Of a DNA stretch of 64,000 nucleotides, positions 41,201 through 52,250 are shown in pieces. The stretch is from Methanomassiliicoccaceae archaeon (GTDB lineage Archaea; Thermoplasmatota; Thermoplasmata; Methanomassiliicoccales; Methanomassiliicoccaceae), in NCBI GenBank assembly GCA_963728405.1, contig CAVSJV010000017.1, forward strand, positions 224,001 through 288,000, read 5' to 3'. Each line of letters begins with the position of its first letter. Position 1 is the first letter of the stretch. Both the position numbers and the translations under genes were made by a program. A model generated the notes under the pieces. That model did no database searches, was not told the DNA's origin, and worked only from the letters and a program-made list of their open reading frames with translations.

Positions 41201-41346
41201 AGGCTTCCTCCAGACCGCTCCATACGGAGCCAAGTGTCGGAAAGCGGCGCACCACCATAATCTAAGTATCGACCGGATGTTGAGAATGAGGAGAAAGAAA
41301 GAGATAAAAGGGGTTTGGAAAGGATTCAACCGGCATAGGCATCTCC

Positions 41347-42757
41347 CTAGTTCGTCGACGTGGTGGTCGACATGCTCGGCTGCGTGGTCGGTGTGGTCAT
41401 CGGTGTGGTCGATGTTCCGGTCGACGACATCACCGCAGTCAGGTTCATGGAGGGCGGCACCAGCACCTTGTCAATGATGTGGATCACACCATTGGAGGCA
41501 ATTATGTTCTTCATGACCACCGTTACGTTCCCTACCATCACGGTCGTTCCATTGACCGTCACGTTCAGCTGCTCTCCCTCCACCGTGGTCACCGTACCGT
41601 TCTTCAGCTCAAAGGACGTGACCATTCCCGGTACCACATGGTAGGTCAGGAGCTTGGTCAGGTTCGCCTTGTCCGACGTGGTGAGCTTGCTGAGCAGCGC
41701 CTGGTCCAGAGCATTGAACGCCGCATCGGTCGGGGCGAACACTGTGTATGGACCCGTGCCGTTGAGCGTGTCGGTCAGGTTGGCCGCCGTGATCGCCGCG
41801 GCGAGCTTGGTGAGGTTGCCGTTCTCCATCGCCGTCTGCAGGATGGTCTTGGGCGGGATTAGCACCTTGTCGACCACCTGGATCACCCCGTTGGTGCCTA
41901 CGATGTTCTGGGTGATGATCTTGGCGTCATTGACCCAGGCTCCCGAAGCGTTAACCGTCAGCAACACATCGCTGCCCTCGGCGGTCTTAAGCAGGCTGGA
42001 GTTGGTGCCATTGCCGATCACCAGTCGATAAGGCAGCACATGATAAGTCAACAGCTTGGTCAGGTTGGCAGTATCATTGGCCGCTATCAGCTGATTGACG
42101 TAGGTCGAGTTGGCCAGTGCTGAGTTCGTTGGCGCGAACACCGTGAACGGACCCGTGCCGTTGAGCGTGTCAGTCAGGTTGGCCATCTGAACCGCTGCGG
42201 TGAGCGTGCTGAGATCGGTCGTGTTCATCATCGTCTGCACGATGGTCTCAGGGACCAGGACCTTATCGATGACGTATATCACGCCATTAGATGCTTCTAC
42301 GTCCTTGGTGATGATCTTGGCACCATTGACATACGAGCCGGTCTGGTTCGTGATGATGACCAGATCACTTCCCTCCAGCGTCTTGACGGTCACATTGTTG
42401 GTCAGCTGCGACGACAGGAGCTTCCCAGGCACAAACGTGGTATTTTAGCACCTTGGCCAGGCTCGCGTTGTCCATGGTCAGGTTGTTGAGCACGGTCTGG
42501 TTCATCGCCGCGAATGCGGTGTCGGTGGGAGCGAACACTGTGTATGGACCAGAGCCGTTCAACGTTTCAGTGAGGCCAGTAGTGTTCAGTGCCCCGGTGA
42601 GCTTGGTGAAATTACCATTGTCCTGCGCGGTCTGCACTACGCCCTTGCCCGAGGTGGCCTGTGAGTTCAAGTTCAGGCTAAGGCCTGACAACGCCACTGC
42701 TGCCAAAAGTGCGGCAGCAACGACCACCACCATAGCTGCTGTTATTTTCTTATCCAT
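41347..42757 (-). CDS. Secreted triple fasciclin (FAS1) domain protein (frameshift near 42432)
   Basis: Three TVFAPT..L.YHV..NGVI..IDKVL repeats; signal peptide; Thr-rich tail. Confidence 0.9.
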
Positions 42758-42890
42758 AATATCCCACGAACCCTCTATCGGAGGGCCGGGAGGACGTGTG
42801 AACGCCTTTTATTTAAGACAGGTCCGTCTGGATAGCGAACCCCCCATGGGGATGTCGAAGAAATATCAGATTAGATGGCGCTAATTCTTT

Positions 42891-43925
42891 TCAGAATCTG
42901 CGGCCCTGTCCAGCGTGCTCCATCCTCACCGAGGCCATAGCCTTCATGTTCGCCAACGGGGTCTCGGGGGCGAATCCGCAGCCAGGGGCGAGGATGTCGG
43001 TCCCCGCATCGATACAATCCCGGCATTCCTCTATCACGTATTCCGGCGAGCGGAACAGTAGAGTGGTGGTCGGCGAGATGTTACCGACCGCCGCGCAGCC
43101 CGGGCCAAGTACTTTCTTCACCTCCCTCATGTCCATGCTCTGGTCGACACTGATCCCATCCACACCGCTCATCCTCATCAGCGGGAGATTGAGCGAGGTG
43201 TTACCGCAGATGTGCATGATGCTCTTGGCCCCCGCCTCTCGCACCGCCCGGGCGATCCTCTGCTGGTATGGCAGTGCGAACTCCTGGAACTGTTCCGGTC
43301 CGACGATATCCCCAGTGGCGGTGGCGTCCACAAGGACGATGACATCCGCCCCGGCCTCCACGGCCGCTTTAACGTAATCGACATCCCACTGCACTGCCTT
43401 GTCCAGGACAGCCTTTAGAAAGTCGGGGTCGATGACCAAGTCCATCAAGGTGTCCGCTTCACCCCGCAGCTGGCCCGCCAGGGTGAACGCGGATATCACC
43501 CCGCACATCACCGGCGATTCCTTCCCGAGCACTTGACGCAATAGGGTTACCGCCTCGAGGACGACGGGGGCGCGCCCGTCCCGGTGAGGGTCTGGAACGT
43601 CCAGGAGGTCCAGGGAGTCCCTTGACGACACCGGCCTACCGGTGATGGCCGGCTGTCTCCGCTCCGATTCATGAGAGGTGACGGCGCCAAAGGCCGAAGC
43701 GTCCACCGCCGCATCGAACGGTACGCGGCAGCCCTCCAGGCCGGCTACAGTGTGGGCGGCGAGAGATAGACGGAACATAAGATCGGCCTTCTCGTTGGCC
43801 TGAGGCCAGAACGCCCCGGTCGCCTTCATGAGGTCCACCGTGCCGGTTTGGGTTGGCGATACCACCGGTACACGGTCCACCGACTGGTGCTCTAATACCG
43901 CCAAAAGCCGATCGCGCTCGTTCAT
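42891..43925 (-). CDS. mtaA: Methylcobamide:CoM methyltransferase (MtaA/MtbA family)
   Basis: UroD fold; VDRVPV.SPTQTG, HICG Zn motif, GNISP, APGCG. Confidence 0.85.
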   Translation of the reverse strand: MNERDRLLAVLEHQSVDRVPVVSPTQTGTVDLMKATGAFWPQANEKADLMFRLSLAAHTVAGLEGCRVPFDAAVDASAFGAVTSHESERRQPAITGRPVSSRDSLDLLDVPDPHRDGRAPVVLEAVTLLRQVLGKESPVMCGVISAFTLAGQLRGEADTLMDLVIDPDFLKAVLDKAVQWDVDYVKAAVEAGADVIVLVDATATGDIVGPEQFQEFALPYQQRIARAVREAGAKSIMHICGNTSLNLPLMRMSGVDGISVDQSMDMREVKKVLGPGCAAVGNISPTTTLLFRSPEYVIEECRDCIDAGTDILAPGCGFAPETPLANMKAMASVRMEHAGQGRRF

Positions 43926-44285
43926 GCTCGCTCATATCCCCGCGGCCACATCAATGTTGTTGACCGTTGCAGTGCCTGTCCGTGGGAACGCATATCGCGA
44001 TACAGACGCAATGGCCGGATAATTGATGGCGACGACAGCGATATCGGCCAATCGCAAAGTTACGGCGATGGGGATGATCGGGACGGGCAGGAGACGTCAT
44101 CCTCACTTCACGGTCATCGCTGGTTCATGTACCCCCCCTTACAGCGTTGACCAAAAGGTCAACGATGGCCAAATTTTCGCCCCTCTGGAATGACGATGAT
44201 AAGTGCGGCCAGCGGAGCGGTCTTCCGTATGACAGCCTTTGAGGTGAAAAACTTTATGAACGCCCCGTTCGAATAGATACCGCTC

Positions 44286-45953
44286 GTGGTGAACGGGATT
44301 AGGAGGATGATAGCAGTGGCTATGTGCCTAGCTCTGCTCCTCTCGACCATGGCGGTCTTCTCCGTCGCGCAGGGAGCGAGCACCGACCGGACGGTAATAT
44401 TTACCGAGGACTTCGAGCATGCCTGGCCCGGCACTCTGCCCAATGGCTGGGACCGCTGGGATCGAGACAACGGATCGGACATCGATTACTGGTGCCGCTC
44501 GATGTATGAGGTGGTCTCCCCCACCCACGCCGCGTGGTGTGCCCAGATTGGATACAACTCACTATTCCAGAATGCCATGAACAAGAACGTGACCCGACTG
44601 GAGGACCCTAACACCACCTATTTGCCAAAGGACTATGTCCTCCGGTACGACACCAACATGGACTCATTTATGCGCCGACCCCTGGTGGGCATCGACAGTT
44701 TCACCTCGGTCACCGTTACCTTCCGATACTGGGCATTGACCGGTAATTCGACCGATAACTTAGGCAATGATTACCTGTGGGTGTCAGTGACCAACTCAAC
44801 CGACGACATGCCCAGCAGCGGCGACCGGACCGAGGTGTGGAGGCAACCGGTCGCCAACTCGTCAGGCTGGAGAGCGGTGACCCTCTCGATACCGACCGAT
44901 TCTACCTGGATAAGCTTCAACTTCCGGTCCGGGGCGGACGTGCCGGAGGGCGGACCGTACATCGGGGCATTCGTCGATGACATCGTGGTTGAGGGCACCG
45001 ACGATCAGGCGCCGACATCGAGCGTGGGATCAATGCCCGCGGCGACCGATCAGAGGTCCTTCGACGTGCCCATCATCATATCCGAGCGGGGCAGCGGACT
45101 GAAGTACATCGAGCTGTGGTACCGGATCAACGGTTTCGGTGACTTCATCCTGTACACCGCCGCCGACACGGTCTCCGGTCGCTGGGCTTCCGGGCCGATC
45201 CCGTTCCTCGCCCCCATTGAGGGGCGCTATGAACTGTTCTCCCGGACCGCCGATTTATGGGGCAATATAGAGCCGTTAAAAACCTCCGCCGATGCGGTCA
45301 TCGTCGTTGACGACGTGGCTCCATCATCCGTCACCGCGATCAAGGGGATGTGGGGCGACTATAATTGGTACACCTCTCCGGTTAATATCAACCTCACCGG
45401 CTGGGACGATTCCAGCGGGGTCTCATACATCTCATATCGTCTGGATGGAGGATTGTGGAACGAGTATTTGGGCCCCCTGACCGTAAGCGTGGACGGCCGA
45501 CACGTCCTGGAGTACTACGCCACCGATCTGGCCGGCAACATCGAATCGACCCGTACGGCCACATTCCAGGTCGACCTGTCCGGGCCGATGGTGACGTTTG
45601 GAGTGGCCGAGGGCAGGGCATCCTCCTCTGGAAGTATGGTCCTGAAGTACGAAGCCTCCGATCCCGCCTCCGGGATCGGGCTGGCGGACTACAGCGTGGA
45701 CGATTCGGATTTCAGGTCGTTGTCGCAAGACGACCAGGAGATAACCCTTACCGGCCTGGCCGACGGGGCTCATCAGATCGTCCTGAGAGTGTGGGACAAT
45801 GCTGGCAACCCTACGACGATTGCGCTCAACATTTCGGTGGACCACTCGGCCGCTAATGCCGACCTGGCTTCTGCCGCTGCTCCCATCGCGATGACCGCCA
45901 TCACCTTGCTGGGGCTGGTTGCGGTCATCATACTGGCCCGTAGGCGTGGCTAG
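44286..45953 (+). CDS. Cell-surface protein with Ig-like/OmpL47-type repeats and C-terminal membrane anchor
   Basis: Signal peptide, D..AP.S, SGV..I.YRLDG, H.LEYYATDLAGN, TM plus RRRG. Confidence 0.75.
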   Translation: MVNGIRRMIAVAMCLALLLSTMAVFSVAQGASTDRTVIFTEDFEHAWPGTLPNGWDRWDRDNGSDIDYWCRSMYEVVSPTHAAWCAQIGYNSLFQNAMNKNVTRLEDPNTTYLPKDYVLRYDTNMDSFMRRPLVGIDSFTSVTVTFRYWALTGNSTDNLGNDYLWVSVTNSTDDMPSSGDRTEVWRQPVANSSGWRAVTLSIPTDSTWISFNFRSGADVPEGGPYIGAFVDDIVVEGTDDQAPTSSVGSMPAATDQRSFDVPIIISERGSGLKYIELWYRINGFGDFILYTAADTVSGRWASGPIPFLAPIEGRYELFSRTADLWGNIEPLKTSADAVIVVDDVAPSSVTAIKGMWGDYNWYTSPVNINLTGWDDSSGVSYISYRLDGGLWNEYLGPLTVSVDGRHVLEYYATDLAGNIESTRTATFQVDLSGPMVTFGVAEGRASSSGSMVLKYEASDPASGIGLADYSVDDSDFRSLSQDDQEITLTGLADGAHQIVLRVWDNAGNPTTIALNISVDHSAANADLASAAAPIAMTAITLLGLVAVIILARRRG

Positions 45954-46557
45954 GATCTCTGGCTAACGAAGGGGTCATCCTTGGCCATGAACCGCCATGG
46001 CCACTCCCTGCCTGGGCCAGCATAGTCGATCCCAACGCGCTTGGCTGTAACGACCTCTCCGGGATCGACCCCGGTCGTAAAATATAGTTCCTCACCGCAC
46101 ACGTCGGCGCCGTTCAAGGAGCGAGTGATACCAAAAGCCTGGCAGAGCTTAGAGGGGCCGTTGCACAGTTGCCTTTCGGCCTTTTCGTCCAGGGCAGGGT
46201 ATCCCCTCCGAATGGCCATGAGGCCCTGCCCCTCGGTCGGCCGTATCGCTCTGAGGAATACACCCTGCGGCTCTCCGACCTGCCCACAGACGACAGTTGA
46301 AGCACAGGTGCATACCGTAGACCAAGTAGACGTATGCGTACCCGGGCGGGCCCCACATTACCTCGTTACGCCCGGTCCGCCGGCCGCCGTAGGCATGGGA
46401 GGCGGGGTCATTGAGACCGGTGTATGCTTCGGCCTCCACTACGATGCCAGCGACGGTACCCTCGTCCGTGACAGTGCACCAGCCTTCGTCCGATGATGTC
46501 CCGGGCGGCCTCCAGGGCCGGCCGGGCAAAGAACGCCCTCGGCAGCTTCCGTTCCAT
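45950..46557 (-). CDS. mpg: 3-methyladenine DNA glycosylase (MPG/AAG; two frameshifts)
   Basis: [52 protein letters not shown]. Confidence 0.9.
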
Positions 46558-46763
46558 CCTCACCATCATCGCAAGAGAGGTTGTTGAACCTTACTCCCCA
46601 TGTCTGGACGTGCCTGGATAAAAGTGGCCAGCTGACCTCTGGCGGTCTGGAAAATTGGAACAGTGAACTTAATATCCTTGTTGCCCATGCTCAGAGAGCT
46701 TCGGTTCGGGGGAAATGAGACCTTCGGCGTTTCGGCGTCGAGCTCACAACGATCTAAGGGAAA

Positions 46764-47366
46764 ATGATGATCGACATACTCCAACTTATTCTGCTATTTG
46801 CCTTCCTGGGCGGGGCCATCAAGTTCATTGACCAGGCCTACGACGAGAAGGCGTTCTCGATAAAGGCCGCCAAAGTGGTGGCAGTTATGGCGGGTGTGGC
46901 CATGGGTTACCTAATGGCCCGAGACAGCCCCTTCTCCACTGCCTTCTTCGCGGCCATGCTCATCTCCCTGGTGCTGGCCAAGAAGATCGACAACTTCGCC
47001 TTCGCTACCGGCACCATACTGGCGATAGCATCATTGTTGGCATTCTATCCCAGCAGCGAGGTCTCCTGGCTCGTGCTGCCTGTCATCGTTTTCCTAGCCG
47101 CCGGGTTCATCGACGAGATCGCGGACGATATGGTCGACAAGCACAACATAGGGGGTTTCCTGCAGATGTTCCTGAACTACCGGCCGTTCAGCGATCTCGC
47201 GCTGGTGGGCATGGTGCTGCTGGGGACGTTCTCATGGATCTACCTCCTGCCGTACTTCGGCTTCACCTTCTCCTACATGTTCGTGGAGAGGTACTCGGAA
47301 CGGGAGTACTCGCTCTCCGGAGGGGTGGACTGGATAAAGCACCGGGTGCTGCGCCGGGCCAACTAG
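46764..47366 (+). CDS. Hypothetical multi-pass membrane protein
   Basis: GGAIKFIDQAYDE, KKIDN, FIDE; about 6 TM. Confidence 0.75.
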   Translation: MMIDILQLILLFAFLGGAIKFIDQAYDEKAFSIKAAKVVAVMAGVAMGYLMARDSPFSTAFFAAMLISLVLAKKIDNFAFATGTILAIASLLAFYPSSEVSWLVLPVIVFLAAGFIDEIADDMVDKHNIGGFLQMFLNYRPFSDLALVGMVLLGTFSWIYLLPYFGFTFSYMFVERYSEREYSLSGGVDWIKHRVLRRAN

Positions 47367-47599
47367 TCCTTTCCGGCGATGAATTGACAGTAGCCGTACG
47401 AGATCGGCCCCTGCTTGGTGGTCTCACAGGGGAACTCGGAACACTGGAAGCACAGCGCCACTCCCTTATGGAAGGCGCAGCTGCAAACCAAGCAGAACTT
47501 GTTATCCCGGGCCTTGCACCCCATGATCCCGTTCGGGCACTTGCCTTCCGTCCGCCGGGGGCACACCTCACATGCCACTCCACAAACGCCTATCCTCAT
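47363..47599 (-). CDS. DUF3795-like Cys-rich protein
   Basis: CGVAC..CP, C....GC, C..CA..KG...C..C.EFPC. Confidence 0.75.
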   Translation of the reverse strand: MRIGVCGVACEVCPRRTEGKCPNGIMGCKARDNKFCLVCSCAFHKGVALCFQCSEFPCETTKQGPISYGYCQFIAGKD

Positions 47600-48267
47600 C
47601 TTTTTCCCCCCGTGAACGGCCGGTCGTACATCTTGTCCCAAGAGCCATTACGCTTGGCCCGTTGCTTCCAGCCGCGGTTGCCGAAGGTTATGTAGAGCCA
47701 TCGGGGAATGCTCCTCCTGGCGATGAGCTCTATCGCTTCTTTAGGCAGTTCTTTGCCTTCCGTCAGAGCCTCGGCGGCCAGTTCCAGGGACCGGCGAGCG
47801 TTCCTAACCATACCTCCCAGTTCGGCGAGCGGCCGTCCGTCAATGGCCGACCCTCCCCCCAGTGCGAGGCCCCCCCTCCATTCGAACCCGGCGTTCCGGG
47901 CGAACAGGCGACATATGTTCAGGGCGACCCGGTTCTGCTCGGCCTCGATGAATCCGCAGTTGGCGATCGCCACCAGGGGCGTGTGGTCAGTGTTACCTTG
48001 CCTCTGCTGGGCGATGAGCCCCATGGCTCTGACCATCGCAGCAGGGGTCGAATCGACATAGGTCGGAAAGGACAGTATCACCAGGTCCGCGGTATCCACC
48101 GCACTGACCAGGGACCCTATCCCTTCCAGGGACCGCAGAGACCTCTGGACCTGCAGGTCCTCGATGTCCCAGCCCTTCTTCCTCAGGAGGCCCAGAAGAT
48201 AAAGGCCAAGTGAGCCGGAGGTCGATCGCTCTCCTCGCGGACTGCCTATCAGCAGTACCGCCTTCAT
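47596..48267 (-). CDS. Flavodoxin-like NAD(P)H-dependent oxidoreductase
   Basis: GSPR...STS, FPTYVD, NCGF.E. Confidence 0.8.
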   Translation of the reverse strand: MKAVLLIGSPRGERSTSGSLGLYLLGLLRKKGWDIEDLQVQRSLRSLEGIGSLVSAVDTADLVILSFPTYVDSTPAAMVRAMGLIAQQRQGNTDHTPLVAIANCGFIEAEQNRVALNICRLFARNAGFEWRGGLALGGGSAIDGRPLAELGGMVRNARRSLELAAEALTEGKELPKEAIELIARRSIPRWLYITFGNRGWKQRAKRNGSWDKMYDRPFTGGKR

Positions 48268-48833
48268 TCTTCCACCCCCGCCTTGGTGATCGCTTCCTTC
48301 ACCGCGATGGCCGATATCTCCGGCCGCTCGTTCGAGAACACTAGCGTTGAGGCCCATCCCACCGGCTGTATGTTGAGACTGTTCCTTTCCACCAGCTGAG
48401 CGAAGACCTTCTGGGCCTCCTCGTCCCGACCGGGAAGCAGTCCGATCGTCACCAGCCGCTGGACGGTATCATAGCGTCGGGCATGGTGGACCTCACCATG
48501 GACGGTGCGGAAGAATGGGAGCAGGGAACAGATCGATCGATCCAGGGCCTTCTTGAGATGGTACGAATACCCGCCGAAGGTCACCGGGGTCAGGAACACC
48601 ACCAGATCAGAAGTGGCGAATTCAGAGGCCACCTTCTCCGCGTCGTCCGCGATGACACACCGCCCCGGGGTCCTGGTCCAGCAGCCGAAACAGCCAGTAC
48701 AATCGGCGATATCCTTGTCCCGAAGCTTGATGACCTCGACCTGATGCCCCTTCGCCCTCAGGTATTCGGCCGCCGCTTCCCTGGCCACCCCCATCTCGTC
48801 CTGGACCGAACCGTCCAATAGCACCGCTTTTAT
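48264..48833 (-). CDS. Iron-sulfur flavoprotein/flavodoxin family protein (possible ATA start)
   Basis: CTGCFGCW.RTPG.CVI.DD, TPVTFGGYS..LK..LDR. Confidence 0.82.
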   Translation of the reverse strand: MKAVLLDGSVQDEMGVAREAAAEYLRAKGHQVEVIKLRDKDIADCTGCFGCWTRTPGRCVIADDAEKVASEFATSDLVVFLTPVTFGGYSYHLKKALDRSICSLLPFFRTVHGEVHHARRYDTVQRLVTIGLLPGRDEEAQKVFAQLVERNSLNIQPVGWASTLVFSNERPEISAIAVKEAITKAGVEE

Positions 48834-48959
48834 CGTATCCCCTCGGCCATCAATGAAATGTCTCCGGAATATTTATCGCTAGCCCAGAACCTTGTCCGCA
48901 TTGGCACGCCGTCGCTAAAAAGTCAAATTTTAAGAGCTTTGTGGCCATGATGGGTCTCG

Positions 48960-49274
48960 ATGTCCTACTCCAAGGCTAGGAAGCCGAGCTTCAACATGAA
49001 GAAGATCTACAACATGTGGCGCATGACCGCTCTGGGTCTGGACCTGGCCGGCCTGATCACGTTCTTCTTCGCCCTGGGATTGGAGGAGTTCACCATCCCG
49101 TTGATGGCCGCTTCCGTCCTCATGTTGTGGGCCGCGGTGGCGGTGTCCTACAAGTACGTGAAGATCGAGTTGGGAAAGCCCTTCGAGGCGGTGGCCCGGT
49201 TCTCTTACTTCATCAGCCTGGGCCTGGCCCTGGTGCTCAGCGTCCTCACGGCCATCACGGCCTTGAACGGCTGA
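48960..49274 (+). CDS. Hypothetical 3-TM membrane protein
   Basis: Hydrophobic ORF, genome-typical codons. Confidence 0.65.
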   Translation: MSYSKARKPSFNMKKIYNMWRMTALGLDLAGLITFFFALGLEEFTIPLMAASVLMLWAAVAVSYKYVKIELGKPFEAVARFSYFISLGLALVLSVLTAITALNG

Positions 49275-49292
49275 GTGTAACGCCTTCCGCTT

Positions 49293-49541
49293 TCACTTCT
49301 CCTGCAGCTTGCAGGATTCGCAGGAATCGGCCGTCCTAAGATAAAGGAGCACCACTACAAGGCCGACGAACACGCCGATCACTATCGCTGCTCCACCCAA
49401 CACGGTGGCGAAGCCTACCAGCGTTGGGATTATGAGTATCATGATGAAGGTGGCGAGGGCTAGCAGCCATGTCAGGAGGTAAATCGGATAGCGTCCGGGA
49501 ATTATCGCGCCGCAGACCCGGCATCTTCGGGACAAAGCCAT
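49293..49541 (-). CDS. Small membrane protein with terminal CxxC motifs
   Basis: CRVC, 2 TM, CESC. Confidence 0.5.
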   Translation of the reverse strand: MALSRRCRVCGAIIPGRYPIYLLTWLLALATFIMILIIPTLVGFATVLGGAAIVIGVFVGLVVVLLYLRTADSCESCKLQEK

Positions 49542-49664
49542 GAATGAACTATTAGAACCAGCCTTGCATAATCTTTTGCGGTCCGAGCAGTAGTTACATC
49601 GGCATATCGTTTGAGATAATATAATGTGGTCCCTATTAATAGTGACAGTGAGTCGCTTTCCGTA

Positions 49665-51153
49665 ATGGCCGCTCAGGTCAAGCTCAGCGAAGACGCTAAA
49701 AAGATCGTGCTCGGCACCCTACTAGCGATATCCATCGCCTTGATCTTCATCTTCCACTTCGTGCTCGACAGTGGCATCGTGTTCACCCAGTTCTTCTACC
49801 TGCCTATCGTAGTGGCAGCCATATGGTACTATTTCCGCGGTATGTCGGTCGCGTTCATCTTGGGCGGGGCACTGATCATAAGCGATCTCATCACTGGTGA
49901 CCACGAGATCCTGCTGGACGATTTGATGAGAGCGATCATCTTTGTCGGGGTGAGCGGTGTCGTGGCCACCCTTAGCGATCGCCTGCGTAACCTGAATCTG
50001 GAGCTGGAAAGAGCCAATGCCGGTCTTGAGAGCAAGGTCGCCGAGCGTACCGTCGAGTTGCAAGAGGAGAAGGAGCTCCTGGCCGTGACCCTGGCCAGCA
50101 TCAGCGATGGGGTGATCACCATCGATAACGCCGGTAGGGTACGGAGCATCAACCGGTACGCGGAAGTGCGATTGGGAGCGGACCGCTCTCGAGCACTGGG
50201 CAGGCCCCTTTCCGATATCGTCAAGATGATCGACGATACGGGAGAGAGGAGCATTATGCAGGGGGGAGCGGAAAAAGGCAGCCTAGTGGCCTTCAACGGC
50301 ACAACGATCACTACACCCTGGGGTGCGAGAATGGTGGTGGACGGGGGTCTTTCTCCCATCATCATGGACGGTAAGGTAGCGGGTGAAGTGATGGTGTTCC
50401 TGGGACGTCACCGAGCGGGAATTACTGAGGGAGCAGATCCAACGCGCTCAGCGCCTGCGTTCTGTCGAGCTCATGGCCGGGGGCATGGCCCATGATTTCA
50501 AGAACCTCTTCTCCATCGTTCATCTCAACATCGAACTGGCCAGACAAGAGACAGTCGGTCGGGGCGCAGAACGGTTGGGCGAGGCCATCAAGGCCTTGGT
50601 ACGAGCGGATGACCTTACCCAGACCCTTGGCGTCCTGGCACGGGCCGGGAACCCTAACAAGGAGCTGGTGGACGTGGCCTCGATGGTGATAGGTGCGGCA
50701 GAGGTCGCTTTGGGAGGCGAGGGGGGGCTCGATTTTCATATGGACCCCGACCTCTGGAAGGCAGAGCTGGACCGCACCCAGATGGGGCAGGTCATCAGCA
50801 ATCTGGTCCTTAATGCAAAACAGGCCATGTCCGGGTCAGGGGTCATCAAGGTGTCCGCTGCGAACATCCACACAGTGTCGGAGGACGGCCTGCCCATAAA
50901 AGAGGGCAAGTACGTACGCATCACCGTCACCGATACCGGAGAGGGGATCTCCCAGGACAAGCTCCGTCAGATCTTTGAGCCATACTATACCACCAAACCC
51001 CATGGTACCGGCCTAGGCCTGGTCATAGCTCAGTCGGTGGTGCTGGCCCACCAGGGGTACATCTCGGTGGAGTCAACGCTGGGAAAGGGCACAACGATGA
51101 GCGTCTACATACCAGCGTTACCCGATCAGAGGGCTAGCCATTCGACCAAATGA
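49665..51153 (+). CDS. Membrane PAS sensor histidine kinase (frameshift near 50400)
   Basis: 4 TM, coiled coil, PAS (SISDGVI), AHDFKN H-box, NLVLNA, DTGEG, YTTK..GTGLGL. Confidence 0.9.
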
Positions 51154-51712
51154 GGGTGCCGAGGGCAGATCAGCGGGTCGTACAGCTAACGTTGCTTGTA
51201 GACCTGGAGAGCAGGAACGATCGACCAGAGAAATTAAGGGGCCTTTTTCCCAGGCGCTGCTCTTCGCCTGCGGAAAGGCCAGGTAGAGAAGGACATCATC
51301 AGCTGGGCATTATGCTCATGGCCTAGGCTGACGGGAGGCCATTGGAGAACGACATGAGCATCCGCTTCAACGACCCGTACATGAACGTTCTGCAATGGAA
51401 ATAAAGGGGTCCTCATAGGTCTTCCTCGATAGCACGGCCAGTGGCCCAAGGATGTGGGGCATTTGAAACTGGTTCCAGGCCAATGCTCGAGGGGGCGATC
51501 GCCCTCGAGTTCACTGCTCTTCTCCTACGCCCCCGTGGGCTATCTGAACCTGCCGACTGAAAAACGAAGGATCGCTGTTGAAGAGTAGCTGCGATCTCGA
51601 CCTGAACGTAACAGCCGTCATTTGATCAACCTTGGAAGCCTTAAGGTGGGAGATCTTCACGATTTAATAAAAGGTAAACGGAAAAGGTTTGGGAATTTTG
51701 CCAGCACAGCCA

Positions 51713-52240
51713 TCAGGTAGCGGCTACTGCTGGCGAGCCGGACCGTATCCCGCCGATCTGTTCCATCTCGCCGGCGCTCATTATCCTGTTGAGGTCCAGG
51801 AGCATGACCAAACGGTCCGGCAGCTTGCAGATGCCAGTGAGGAACCCGGCCTCTGTGCCAACGGTCAGGGTGGTCGGGGGAGGAGAGATGCTTGCCCGTG
51901 GCACCCTCATGACGTCCTCGACCGCATCGACGATTATCCCGATCTGAGTATCGCCTATCTCGGCAATGATTATCCGCGATGCGGCGGTGATGCTGCCATT
52001 ACCGTCGGAGCTGATGTTGAACCGTTTCTTTAGGTCGATGACCGTGGTGATCTGACCACGGAGGTTCAGGACCCCTTCGATGAACGCGGGCATCTTAGGT
52101 ATCTTGGTTATATCATGGACCTTGCCGATCTCGCGGACCTGGGAGACCCTGACACCGAAGGTCTCCTTGCCCAAGCGGAAGGAGACTATCTGTTCCTCGT
52201 CCCCGGTCAGCTCGACCTTTTCTCTCTTTCTTCTGGCCAT
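51713..52240 (-). CDS. cheW: Chemotaxis coupling protein CheW
   Basis: V.FRLG.E.FG, GVLNLRG.I..VIDL, GIIVDAV. Confidence 0.93.
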   Translation of the reverse strand: MARRKREKVELTGDEEQIVSFRLGKETFGVRVSQVREIGKVHDITKIPKMPAFIEGVLNLRGQITTVIDLKKRFNISSDGNGSITAASRIIIAEIGDTQIGIIVDAVEDVMRVPRASISPPPTTLTVGTEAGFLTGICKLPDRLVMLLDLNRIMSAGEMEQIGGIRSGSPAVAAT

Positions 52241-52250
52241 CTGACCGACC

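Noticed and set aside
41480-42560. Direct nucleotide repeats (e.g. GGACCCGTGCCGTTGAGCGTGTC) as CRISPR or mobile repeats
   Set aside because: They are coding repeats of the FAS1 domains.
42891-43925. In-frame amber (pyrrolysine) proteins near the methyltransferase or elsewhere
   Set aside because: No gene showed conserved sequence continuing past a TAG, and no mtmB/mtbB/mttB is in the window.
51154-51700. 550-nt gap after the histidine kinase as a hidden response regulator or RNA
   Set aside because: No receiver motif, convincing ORF or stable structure seen. May be decayed sequence.
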